Assembly: GCA_963743135.1 (NCBI GenBank)
Contig: CAVUON010000005.1
Location: forward strand, 499,732-563,731
Length of the DNA: 64,000 nt
Reading direction: 5' to 3'
Source: an uncultured Acidobacteriaceae bacterium
GTDB lineage: Bacteria > Acidobacteriota > Terriglobia > Terriglobales > Acidobacteriaceae
Part shown: in pieces, positions 47,301-56,416 of the stretch
How the letters are laid out: each line of letters begins with the position of its first letter
Numbering within the stretch: the first letter of the stretch is position 1
Translations under genes and position numbers: made by a program
The notes under the pieces: generated by a model
The model's input: only the letters and a program-made list of their open reading frames with translations
Told to the model about the DNA's origin: nothing
Databases searched by the model: none

Positions 47301-49016
47301 TCACATGCCGTCGTAGTTGGGCCCTCCTCCGCCTTCTGGTGGTACCCAGTCGATGATTTGATAGGGATCCATGATGTCGCAGGTTTTACAGTGGACGCAG
47401 TTGGCGAAGTTGATTTGTAGTTGTTTGTCTTTGCTGTCGGAGGTCTCGACCATTTCGTAGACGGCGGCTGGGCAGAAGTATTGGCAGGGGTTTCCGAACT
47501 CTCTTGCGCAGCGCGTGGCGCAGATGTTGAGGTCGCGGACTACGAGATGCGTGGGCTGGTCGTCGTCGTGGCGCGTTCCTGAATGGTAGACGTCTGTGAG
47601 GCGGTCGAAGGTTAGTTTGCCATCACCTTTGGCGTTGAAGAGCATGGGCTCGCGGCCTCCGCTGTGGATGCTCAGGGCATCCTGATGCTTCATGCGGAGG
47701 TAGCCCGCTTGATTTTTCGAGTCGGGGCCGAGGTTGGCTCCGTGCATGAGTGTTTGCAGACCGGCGCGGATAAGTCCGTCGTAGAGTCCGTGCTCGAAGG
47801 CCTGATGGAAGTTGCGGACGGGGTAGAGCTCGTCCTTGATCCAGCTGGCGTCTACGGCGGTTTTGTATTGGCTGAGGGCAGAGGCGGAGGTGTCTCCGGT
47901 GAGGAGGGCGTTGAAGGCGGTTTCGGCGGCTAGCATTCCGCTCTTGATGGCGAGGTGAATGCCTTTGAGGCGCTGCGCGTTGAGAAAGCTGGCGGAGTCG
48001 CCGAGGAGGAGCCAGCCGTTGCCGTAGATACGGGGCGTCGTGAGCCAGCCTCCGTAGGGAAGGGTCTTGGCTCCGTAGCGAACCATCTTGCCTCCGTCGA
48101 GGAGACGGCGCGCGAATGGATGCTGCTTGAAGGACTGGAAGACGTGGTGCGGGTCGGTGCGCGGATCTTCGTAGTCGAGTCCGGTGACATAGCCTACGGA
48201 TGCAAGCTTATCGGTAACGCCGTAGATCCAGGCTCCGCCGTACTCTTTGGTAGTGAGCGGGTAGCCCATGGTGTAGAGGACTTCGCCTTTGGCGACGCGG
48301 CCCGCGGGAAGCTCCCACAGCTCTTTTATGCCGAGGCCGTAGGTTTGGGCGTGGTTGGGATCTTCGAGGCCGAGAGTGTCGATGAGCTGCTTGGCGCAGT
48401 TGCCGCGCGGGCCTTCGGCGAAAATGGTGATTTTGGCGCCGAGGTCGTAGCCGGGCTCGAAGTTGGCCTTGGGCTCGCCGTCTTTGCCGACTCCTTTGTC
48501 GTCGGTGCGGACGCCTGTGACATGATCGCCGTCCATGAGGAGTTCGGAGCCTGCGAATCCGGTGAAGACGGTGATTCCGGTGTCTTCTACTTTCTGGCCG
48601 AGCCACTTTACGAATTTGTTGAGAGAGATGACGTAGTTTCCGTGGTCGCGCAGCGGGGGCGGGACGATGGGGAACTTGCGGGCTTTGCTTTTGCTGAGGA
48701 ACCAGACGGATTCTTTGGTGACTTCGGCGTCGAGAGGGGCTTCGCTTTCGAATCCGGGGAGGAGTTCGCGCATGGAGCGCGGATCGAGGAGCGCTCCGGA
48801 GAGGCAGTGCTGGCCGATTTCGCGGGCCTTTTCGAGCACGTAGATATTTTCTTTCGTGAGCGGAGCTTCGGGGTGTGATTCGTTGTGCTGATCGATGAGC
48901 TGGGAGAGGCGCAGGGCGCAGGCCATTCCGGCTGGCCCTCCGCCGATGATGACTACGTCGGCTTCCATCTGGGGACGGTCAATGTCGGGGATGGGATGAC
49001 GGAAATGAATGCTCAT
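47301..49016 (-). CDS. Electron-transfer flavoprotein:ubiquinone oxidoreductase (ETF-QO)
   Basis: N-terminal FAD motif VVIIGGGPAG. C-terminal CPAAVYE...CVHCKTCDI...PPEGGGGPNY. Confidence 0.9.
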   Translation of the reverse strand: MSIHFRHPIPDIDRPQMEADVVIIGGGPAGMACALRLSQLIDQHNESHPEAPLTKENIYVLEKAREIGQHCLSGALLDPRSMRELLPGFESEAPLDAEVTKESVWFLSKSKARKFPIVPPPLRDHGNYVISLNKFVKWLGQKVEDTGITVFTGFAGSELLMDGDHVTGVRTDDKGVGKDGEPKANFEPGYDLGAKITIFAEGPRGNCAKQLIDTLGLEDPNHAQTYGLGIKELWELPAGRVAKGEVLYTMGYPLTTKEYGGAWIYGVTDKLASVGYVTGLDYEDPRTDPHHVFQSFKQHPFARRLLDGGKMVRYGAKTLPYGGWLTTPRIYGNGWLLLGDSASFLNAQRLKGIHLAIKSGMLAAETAFNALLTGDTSASALSQYKTAVDASWIKDELYPVRNFHQAFEHGLYDGLIRAGLQTLMHGANLGPDSKNQAGYLRMKHQDALSIHSGGREPMLFNAKGDGKLTFDRLTDVYHSGTRHDDDQPTHLVVRDLNICATRCAREFGNPCQYFCPAAVYEMVETSDSKDKQLQINFANCVHCKTCDIMDPYQIIDWVPPEGGGGPNYDGM

Positions 49017-49216
49017 AGTGGACTGGCCATTCTACAGGACTGCGCGTCCAGCGGGACTGGCCGTCCAGGCGTACTGCTTCGCGTGGCCACTCCCGTTGGT
49101 CGTGGGACTTGCTGTTCACCGTTTCCCGCGATACGCGCTTCGCCCAAAGCCCCCATCTCAAAATCGAGGCGTGAGTCAATCGATGCATGCGATACATGGC
49201 GTAATTGATCTAAATG

Positions 49217-49248
49217 CCGACATCCGGGCATGAGTGCCCGGATGTCGG
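49217..49248 (-). terminator. Perfect 14-bp stem / 4-nt loop hairpin downstream of 49268-49687
   Basis: CCGACATCCGGGCA-TGAG-TGCCCGGATGTCGG. The flanking A/T tract is only modest. Confidence 0.5.
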
Positions 49249-49267
49249 ATTAATTGAATGGATTGTT

Positions 49268-49687
49268 TTAGTGGCCGCCGTGGCCGTCATCGTGACCGCC
49301 CTGTGTGTGGCCGCGTCCATCGCGCATTTCATTTCCCTGGAAGTGTTCCACGTGACCAGCAGGCCTTGAGGGTTCGGCCCTTTCGCCGCGGTGCGGCAAT
49401 GGGCCTTTGTATCCATTGTGCGGATCGAAATGGTTATTCACATGGCCGTAAAAGTCGCTTCGGCCGTGATACCAGGGACCAGTGCCGATGAAGACGCCAT
49501 TGGTAAACCAATTTGGCCCGTAGTACCCGTAAGGAGCGCAGTCATAGGGGGCGTAGTCGAAGTAGCCGTAAGGACATACAGGCGCAACTCCAATGTTGAC
49601 GCTGACCTGTGCCTCGGATTTGGGGGCGGTTACTGTTAAGCACACACCAGCAACAGCAGCAATCGCAAGATATTTCAATCTGTTCAT
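49268..49687 (-). CDS. Small secreted Tyr/Gly/Pro-rich protein with His-rich C-terminus (paralogue A)
   Basis: Signal peptide MNRLKYLAIAAVAGVCL..SEAQ. Conserved core CPYGYFDYAPYDCAPYGYYGPNWF..GVFIG.GPWYHG. Confidence 0.65.
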   Translation of the reverse strand: MNRLKYLAIAAVAGVCLTVTAPKSEAQVSVNIGVAPVCPYGYFDYAPYDCAPYGYYGPNWFTNGVFIGTGPWYHGRSDFYGHVNNHFDPHNGYKGPLPHRGERAEPSRPAGHVEHFQGNEMRDGRGHTQGGHDDGHGGH

Positions 49688-49967
49688 AAGTTCTCCTTGG
49701 GTTTTAGCGGGGCAGTTGTCTACCGTGCTCCGCGTTCTTTGCTTTCACGACTCGGACGATTCCGACTTCGAGCACTACGGATACTTAAGATGCCGAGAGT
49801 CGCCGGGGCGAAGGGAAAGAGGACGATCAGGAGCGAACAGTCTTCCATCTCGGTTGGATTTTTTGGGGAATTTCAGGCAACCAAACGGAGCGATAAGGGT
49901 CGCGTTTGCGTGGAATTAATGTTGAGGATAACGGAACCGAGGCAGCGATTTCGTTTTCAGGAATTTC

Positions 49968-51536
49968 TCATTGTGGTGTGATCGGCGGTTCAGGTTTTTC
50001 CGGCGGGTTGCGGGCGATGAAGACTGCGGCGACTTTGTCTTCGAACACAAGCACAAAATGTGGGTCCAATTGGAGGAGCTGGGTCAGCGGGGCGCTCGCC
50101 GGTCCAATCACCAGCTTCGCGGAAGTGAGGTCAGGATCGGAGGCCCAGCCGGGTCCCCCGTCCCATGTTGCGAAGGATCGCTCGATGCGCTGATCGCCGA
50201 TGAGGTCATTCCGACCATCAATGCTAACCGGCATGCGAAGCTGCCAGATCAGGTATCCTCCCCAGTCGAGGTTGTTGTAGAGCGGGCCGTTGAAGCCCTC
50301 GTCCTTCGCGACTTCGACCGCGCGGACGGGCATGGTTTGAGCGAGGATCGCGCGCAAGTGCGGGTTGTCAGTGTGCAGGACGATGGTGCCGAGGAATAGC
50401 AGCAGGCCGATGACGACAGCGACGAGCGGCGCAGCGAATGCTGCAAGAGGACGCCGGACTTTTTCGTGGCCGCCTATGCGCTGAGCGAGAATGGCGGCGG
50501 CGGCGATGACCATGACCCACATGTCTCGCCCAGAACGGAAGGACACGACGGCGGCGAATATCAATAGCGCGGTCTCAAACAGGGGAAAGCGGCGGCGCCA
50601 TGCCAGCGCACCAGCGGCGGCGAGGGCGAGGAAGAGCATGCAGTAGTCGGCCAGGGCGCGGAATTCAAGGGCATGGAATTCGGTGATGAGTGACAAGATG
50701 CCGGGCTGAGTCGCTGCGCGAAATCCGATTTCGTATATCTTCCACCCATAGGGATTGGCAAGCGTGGCGAGGATGCAGGCGAGAAAGACTCCGCCGATCC
50801 ATGCTGGCGCCAGCCGGGTGCGGGCCGAGGTAAACCAGCGGGCGAGGATGGCTTCACCGAGGGCGAGGCCCATGACCAGCAGGCCGTCAAAGAATTGAAT
50901 ATGCACGTTGGCCCAGAGCGCGAAGAGCGGCGGCAGCCAGAGCAGCTCGCGCGGCATTCCGGTTTCGGGGCCTGTCTTTCGTGCGTGCATGAGAATGTCG
51001 AGTTCCAGCACGAAGAACAGGATGGTGAAGAGCCAGGAGCGCGGCGTGTAGAGGTGGGTAAGGCTCAACGTGGCCACAAGAGTCAGAAGCGCGCCAATGG
51101 AAAAATCAGGCTGAAGACGCCGGAGGAGATGATAGATGGCGGCGGCGATGGCCAGAACCATTCCGGTGGAGTAGGCGACTATTCCGACGAGGCCTAGCCG
51201 CTGAAAGCATTTGAATACGAGCAGCTCGTAGAGCCAGCTATAGGCTGCCCACGGCTTGCCTGCGCCGAAGCGGGTGAAGGGGTCGGTGTGAGGGACGCCG
51301 TGGTGCTGAAGTATCCATTGGCCGGTGCGCAGATGCCACCAGATATCGGCATCGCCGACGATCGCCATTCTTAAGCAGAAGAGCGCGGGGACGGCAATCA
51401 ATATTGCGAGAATGATAGCTTCGGCAAATTGTTCGCTTCGGGCGACGCGCGGGTTGGGTGAGGCAGCGTCTCCTGTTTGCAGGGATGCAGGGTCTTGCCC
51501 GGTTTGAGTGATGGGCATTTCTTCTGATGTGTTCAT
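49968..51536 (-). CDS. Polytopic membrane protein, possibly GT-C-like glycosyltransferase
   Basis: About 12 predicted TM segments. First loop reads GDADIWWHLRTGQW. The function call is tentative. Confidence 0.5.
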   Translation of the reverse strand: MNTSEEMPITQTGQDPASLQTGDAASPNPRVARSEQFAEAIILAILIAVPALFCLRMAIVGDADIWWHLRTGQWILQHHGVPHTDPFTRFGAGKPWAAYSWLYELLVFKCFQRLGLVGIVAYSTGMVLAIAAAIYHLLRRLQPDFSIGALLTLVATLSLTHLYTPRSWLFTILFFVLELDILMHARKTGPETGMPRELLWLPPLFALWANVHIQFFDGLLVMGLALGEAILARWFTSARTRLAPAWIGGVFLACILATLANPYGWKIYEIGFRAATQPGILSLITEFHALEFRALADYCMLFLALAAAGALAWRRRFPLFETALLIFAAVVSFRSGRDMWVMVIAAAAILAQRIGGHEKVRRPLAAFAAPLVAVVIGLLLFLGTIVLHTDNPHLRAILAQTMPVRAVEVAKDEGFNGPLYNNLDWGGYLIWQLRMPVSIDGRNDLIGDQRIERSFATWDGGPGWASDPDLTSAKLVIGPASAPLTQLLQLDPHFVLVFEDKVAAVFIARNPPEKPEPPITPQ

Positions 51537-51642
51537 CGGGGTATTGATTGCTCACCAGCTTACTACAGCGGGTGAGTGTCCCACGATGAAATTCATGGCT
51601 CAACCCGCATCTCTAGAGCGAGATGTGTGACGCGCGCACGCG

Positions 51643-52097
51643 CTAAGTCGTGAGAGGCTTGCCGATTTCCCAGTGATGTCCGAAGGGGTCGGCGATGCGG
51701 CCCATTCGCCAGCGATAGGGTTGGTCGGCGACGGGCCAGACTATGGTGGCTCCCGCGGCTACGGCCTTGTTGAAGACGGTGTCGGGGTCGTCGACGGTGA
51801 GGATGACGCGCAGGGTGCTTCCGTGGAGCGATTCGGGGCTGAAATTCTGGTTCTCAAGGGATTCTCGGCGAGCCAGAATTCCGCTCCGTCTATGGCCAGC
51901 TGCGCGACCACTGATCCGCTGTCGGCGGGGGTACTGAATATCTCGGTCGCGCCGAAGGCTGATTTGTAGAATTCGATGGTCCTGGCTCCGTTGCGGACAT
52001 TGAGTAAGGGAGCGAGGGTGGTTTTTGCTGGAGGGGGCACTGGGATTTCCTCTGGATGAGGATACTGCTTGCGCGGCGGTTCAGGGTCCATGGGCAA
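51643..52097 (-). pseudogene. VOC/PhnB-like protein split by a 1-nt frameshift
   Basis: The N-terminal part ...AIDGAEFWLAENP (frame of ORF 51759-52097) continues in another frame as LENQNFSPESLHGSTLRVILTVDDPD...DPFGHHWEIGKPLTT-stop. The shift is near 51850-51862. Confidence 0.65.
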
Positions 52098-52202
52098 TCG
52101 GCGCGGGGTAGCCTGGAAGCCCGGAGGGTGTTAACCAGGCTGGGGCTGGGTCTTCTTTCCCGGTACGTATGGTACAATCGACCGACCCATCCTAAAAAGG
52201 AC

Positions 52203-52973
52203 ATGCAGATTGCGATGAAAAAGATCGACTATTACGAATTTCTCCAGATCAGCCCCAATGCGGAGGAAGAGACGATCCATCGCGTTTATCGATTTCTCGC
52301 GGCCCGCTTTCATCCGGACAACCCGGCGTCTGGTAATTCTGAAATGTTCTCCATGTTGACGACAGCTTATGAGGTGTTGTCGAACCCGGCGCGGCGCGCC
52401 CAGTACGATGCGTCACGCGAAAAAGAACTGCCCCACGCGGTCCCTCTATCGTACTCGATTGATTTTATGGATCAGATGGAGGGCGAGATGAACCGGCGTC
52501 TGGCGGTTCTGGCGGTCCTATATTTCAAGCGCCGCGCAAATCCAAATGCCCCGGAAGTTTCACTTGCCGAGATTGAATTGCGCATGGGGTTTCCGCGCGA
52601 TTATCTGGATTTCACAACCTGGTATCTACGGAAAAAGGGATATATCACGCGGGCGGACAACTCGGATTTCACGCTGACGGCTCAGGGCGTGGACTTCGTG
52701 GAAACGCAACGCGTGAACATCCCAATTCTGAATAAATTATTGACCCCAGGCACGGAGCCCTCTGCCGCAGATTCAACGCAGGCGATCGAGGGAGTCGGTG
52801 CTTTCCCGAATTCCGTCATTGTGCTTCCGGACGTGGCGCGTCCGCCGGAACGGCGCTTAGGTTCGGGAGACCGCCGCGCAAATCCGCGGGATCGGCGCTC
52901 AAATAACCCGGATCGGCGCGCGAATCCCGTTGAGCGGCGCTCAAAGGCAACGGATCGCCGCTCGAAAGATTAG
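52203..52973 (+). CDS. J-domain (DnaJ-like) protein with C-terminal (D/E)RRxxxx heptad repeats
   Basis: IDYYEFLQISPNA...RFHPDNP (HPD motif). Start at ATG 52203. Confidence 0.75.
   Translation: MQIAMKKIDYYEFLQISPNAEEETIHRVYRFLAARFHPDNPASGNSEMFSMLTTAYEVLSNPARRAQYDASREKELPHAVPLSYSIDFMDQMEGEMNRRLAVLAVLYFKRRANPNAPEVSLAEIELRMGFPRDYLDFTTWYLRKKGYITRADNSDFTLTAQGVDFVETQRVNIPILNKLLTPGTEPSAADSTQAIEGVGAFPNSVIVLPDVARPPERRLGSGDRRANPRDRRSNNPDRRANPVERRSKATDRRSKD
52869..52970 (+). repeat. Five imperfect 21-bp tandem repeats (coding)
   Basis: GACCGCCGCGCAAATCCGCGG / GATCGGCGCTCAAATAACCCG / GATCGGCGCGCGAATCCCGTT / GAGCGGCGCTCAAAGGCAACG / GATCGCCGCTCGAAAGAT, encoding DRRANPR DRRSNNP DRRANPV ERRSKAT DRRSKD. Confidence 0.8.
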
Positions 52974-53222
52974 TTGCGGTGGGAACAAGCCTTAGCCATC
53001 CGGGGTGACGACCCAGATCCCAGTGGGGATTGCTTCGGACATTACCGCCTTCTCAGAAGATTGTTGCAACCACCCTATACTGATTGGTGTCAGAAATCTT
53101 CGTCGAGGAATGGCTGAGAGCGTGGTCCGGGCGAACCTGCGCCTTGTTGCTGATGAGAGGCTTACTGGAATTTCCATTTGAGGAGGATACAGCGGCGTGA
53201 GGGAACTGCGGTCGGGATGATT

Positions 53223-53249
53223 CCAAAAATCCGGGCGTGGGAGCCCGGA
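53223..53249 (-). terminator. Rho-independent terminator after paralogue B
   Basis: Minus strand: TCCGGGC-TCCCAC-GCCCGGA followed by TTTTTGG. Confidence 0.6.
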
Positions 53250-53274
53250 AGATGGAGTGTTCGCGCTGACTCTT

Positions 53275-53670
53275 TTAGCTCTTTTTCTCGGTTACGTTGC
53301 CGTGCCCATCGTGTGTTTCATTGCCCTTGAAGTTGGCGGGGGTTGCGTGCGATGCCTGGGCTTTCTCGCCCTTTTTTGGCATAGGTCCCTTGTAGCCGTG
53401 CTGCGGGTCGTAGCGGTTATTTACGTTGCCGTTGAATTTGGCAGGGCCGTGATACCACTGGCCAGCGCCGATGAATACGCCGCCGTTGAACCATTCCGGG
53501 CCATAGTAGCCAGTTGGCGCGCAGTTATATGGAGCGTAGTCATAGTAACCATAGGGACATGCGGGGGCAGCTACGATGGTGACGCTTACCTGGGCCTGTG
53601 TTTTGGAAGGGGTTGCTGCAAAGCAAAGTCCAGCAACAGCGGCTATTGCCAAAAATTTAAATCCGTTCAT
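53275..53670 (-). CDS. Small secreted Tyr/Gly/Pro-rich protein (paralogue B)
   Basis: MNGFKFLAIAAVAGLCF..TQAQ signal. Core CPYGYYDYAPYNCAPTGYYGPEWF..GVFIGAGQWYHG. GGAG RBS before ATG 53670. Confidence 0.65.
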   Translation of the reverse strand: MNGFKFLAIAAVAGLCFAATPSKTQAQVSVTIVAAPACPYGYYDYAPYNCAPTGYYGPEWFNGGVFIGAGQWYHGPAKFNGNVNNRYDPQHGYKGPMPKKGEKAQASHATPANFKGNETHDGHGNVTEKKS

Positions 53671-53852
53671 TGATTCTCCTAACTCTCGCTGGGGTGGTTT
53701 TGGACCTACCCCTACTTCTTGACTGTAGTTAGTTGGATCGTCCATGTCTGAGCTATATAGACCATAAGTCGGGAATTGTTAATTAAAGGTATCTGATCCT
53801 GTGATGGGGCCCATATCTCAGAAGCGGGGGGTGCACCACCGGCAGTGTGGCG

Positions 53853-54683
53853 CTACTTCAGCGGCGTCGATGAGAGTGGCATTACCGTCCCCATGATATT
53901 GGAGGTGCGGCTCCTCTCAAATAGCGCTCTTGGCTCGGCGATCTGAGACATGAGGGATTGAGCACCTGGGCTGAAGGGCAAGGTCTCTACGAGTTTTTGT
54001 GCATTGTCTAAATGCTGAAGGGCGGAGGCAAACTCACCTATTCCGGCTTCGGATTGTCCCCACATTATCTCGGTATTTACGTGGGTACTGACCTTTGTGA
54101 ACATGTCATAGCCCGGATATTTTGCGAATATATTCAAGGCTTCCTGATATTTGATACGGCCAGCCTGTGGTTCTCCGGTAATGAAGCTGAGATTTGCGGT
54201 CATCCGGACCGGACCTATCTCGTCGTTGAAATTGGTTGCACTTTCGATAGCCAGCTTGAGAAACGCCTTGGCCTCAGCGAGATTGTAGGAGTTCTGCTGG
54301 GCGAGCGCTATCTCGGAGTATTCGGTTGCGGAGACCATGTTCTTGGGCAGCTTCGTCACAATCTCAGCGGCTTGCCTTACAAGGAGCGAATTTTCCTGGT
54401 TATAGATTCGACTTACACCTGCAACGGCAGCCTGGTCGGCCATGTATCGCTTGTTTGCGTCAAGAACCTCTCGGGGTATCGCGGTGAGTCTCTGCAGAAT
54501 TCCCCGCAATTCCTGACGCAAAGACTGGATATCCTGGGCTCGGGTTCTGCGGTACGAGACAAACGTGGTGCCGAATGAGAAGACGAGTGCGATCACGGAT
54601 ATTATGGTGGCAGAGTTCCCAGCCATGTTGCTATCCATCACTGCAGATGATTGGTCAAGGCTTAGCTTTGACCGGGAAATCAT
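53853..54683 (-). CDS. Membrane-anchored TPR-like helical-repeat protein, unknown function
   Basis: One TM (ATIISVIALVFSFGTTFVSY), a coiled segment, then about 3 TPR-like units. The maximal ORF extends to 54797; ATG 54683 is preferred. Lower GC than the neighbours. Confidence 0.55.
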   Translation of the reverse strand: MISRSKLSLDQSSAVMDSNMAGNSATIISVIALVFSFGTTFVSYRRTRAQDIQSLRQELRGILQRLTAIPREVLDANKRYMADQAAVAGVSRIYNQENSLLVRQAAEIVTKLPKNMVSATEYSEIALAQQNSYNLAEAKAFLKLAIESATNFNDEIGPVRMTANLSFITGEPQAGRIKYQEALNIFAKYPGYDMFTKVSTHVNTEIMWGQSEAGIGEFASALQHLDNAQKLVETLPFSPGAQSLMSQIAEPRALFERSRTSNIMGTVMPLSSTPLK

Positions 54684-54771
54684 AGCAGATCCGGTTACGG
54701 ATCGGACTTTTGCTGAGAAATTGTTGTGATTGCGGCCCAAGTATCGTAAACGAGACGCGTGGCATACGCGG

Positions 54772-55323
54772 CTAGCCCAGAACCCAACCCATAACACTTA
54801 GTCGTTCATGAACCGGATGCACCAAGTTCGTTCGCACAGCGGATATTCTGTCGTTTAAAGGAATGGATAGCACTTCTCTCGCGATCACCTCGAAAGATCG
54901 TACGAGCGGCTCGATGCTGATTTTGGGAGGATCATGTTCATAGGCGATTGCAACAACGGCCTTTTGCTCCTCGCATGAGTAGGACTGAAGTTTAAGGCAA
55001 TCGCCGAGTAGGCTCGTGTTGCCGCCATATGGATGGAGCAGATTAACAGACCAATTTTCGGCCGACTTTCCGTTGTCACCAAAGGGTCGGGCAATCTTTA
55101 TCTCCAATGCCCAATACCCAGTGATCAGAAGATCAGGAGTCCGCTTTGTTTTGACGCACTGACTGTACCGAGGAGAGCAGTTCAAATGTTCGGCGACTAG
55201 CTTAACCAGTTGTGGTTGGCCGTAAGGTCCGATTCCGGGCCGAAAACCCTTGAATGGAATCTTTGTGGAATCGATAAGCTTCAACGCATCGGCAATATCA
55301 GTGACGACATCAAAAAGGTTCAT
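54772..55323 (-). CDS. PD-(D/E)xK nuclease-fold-like protein, unknown family
   Basis: [20 protein letters not shown] fits PD-x(n)-ExK spacing. 183 aa with no TM. Starts 15 nt after the etfA stop. Confidence 0.5.
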   Translation of the reverse strand: MNLFDVVTDIADALKLIDSTKIPFKGFRPGIGPYGQPQLVKLVAEHLNCSPRYSQCVKTKRTPDLLITGYWALEIKIARPFGDNGKSAENWSVNLLHPYGGNTSLLGDCLKLQSYSCEEQKAVVAIAYEHDPPKISIEPLVRSFEVIAREVLSIPLNDRISAVRTNLVHPVHERLSVMGWVLG

Positions 55324-55338
55324 ACGCAGAGACTGCCG

Positions 55339-56343
55339 TCAATTGGCCGCTTTGGCTTTTTTGATTTCTTCGGTTACTGCGGGGACTATGTCGAAGAGGT
55401 TTCCTACTACTCCTACGTCGGCGATTTCGAAGATGGGGGCTTCAGGGTCTTTGTTGATGGCTACTATGGTTTTTGATCCCTTCATGCCTACTATGTGCTG
55501 GATGGCTCCGCTGATTCCTAACGCGAAATAGAGCTTGGGGGCTACGGTCTGACCGGAGCTTCCTATCTGGCGCTCGAGCGGGAGCCAGCCGTTGTCGCAG
55601 ATGGGGCGCGAGGCGGCTACTTCTCCTCCTAAGACTTTGGCGAGGTCTTCGGCGAGGGCCAGGTTCTTCTGCTCCTTGATGCCTCGGCCTACGGCTACGA
55701 TGACCTCGGTCTGGGAGAGATCGACGGCCTGTTTTGCTTCCTGAAAGACTTCGTGCGGCGTGACTCTTGGTGTGATCTCTTTTGCGGCTACGGTTTCGAC
55801 TTGTGCTGTGCCGGGTTCTGCTTGGGCTTGATTCCCCTCGACGGGGTCCGGTCTGAATGCTCCTATTTGTAATGTGGCGAGCCAGGGGGCTTCGCCCTGG
55901 AACGATACGTCGGCGGCGAATTTGCCCTGGAACATCTGGCGGGTGAAGAGGAGCTTTCCGTTCTCGTGCTTGTAGCCGATGCTGTCGGAGATGAGGGTGC
56001 GGTCGAGGGCGAGCGCGAGGCGCGGGGCGAAGTCGCGCACCTGATAGGTGTGCGGGAAGAGCACGAGCCGGGGCTGCTTTTCCGCGATGAAATGCTTGAG
56101 GGCTTCGACGTAGGCGTCCGATGTATAGGCGGCGAGCGAGGGGCCTTCGAGCGCGTAGACTTTGGCGACGGCTTTCTGCGCGAGTTCCTGCGTGAGCGAG
56201 GCGACGTTGCTGCCGGGGAGGACGACTTCTATCTGCCAGCCGGTTTGCTTTGCGATTTGCTGGGCGGCGGCGATGGTTTCATACGAGACGCGGTTGAGTT
56301 TGCCTTCGCGCTGCTCGGCGACTACGAGGATGGTTTCTGCCAT
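55339..56343 (-). CDS. etfA: Electron transfer flavoprotein alpha subunit
   Basis: C-terminal FAD domain VAVGRGI...[35 protein letters not shown]. Confidence 0.9.
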   Translation of the reverse strand: MAETILVVAEQREGKLNRVSYETIAAAQQIAKQTGWQIEVVLPGSNVASLTQELAQKAVAKVYALEGPSLAAYTSDAYVEALKHFIAEKQPRLVLFPHTYQVRDFAPRLALALDRTLISDSIGYKHENGKLLFTRQMFQGKFAADVSFQGEAPWLATLQIGAFRPDPVEGNQAQAEPGTAQVETVAAKEITPRVTPHEVFQEAKQAVDLSQTEVIVAVGRGIKEQKNLALAEDLAKVLGGEVAASRPICDNGWLPLERQIGSSGQTVAPKLYFALGISGAIQHIVGMKGSKTIVAINKDPEAPIFEIADVGVVGNLFDIVPAVTEEIKKAKAAN

Positions 56344-56416
56344 TGTTGTTCCAAAGATCAGGCAGGGCCGAAGCCCTGCCGGTGAAGTGGATACTTACGG
56401 GTTCGTGCTTCAATCG

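Noticed and set aside
52992-53177. 61-aa minus-strand ORF between the J-domain gene and paralogue B
   Set aside because: No RBS, no recognisable motif, and Arg-rich composition typical of random high-GC ORFs.
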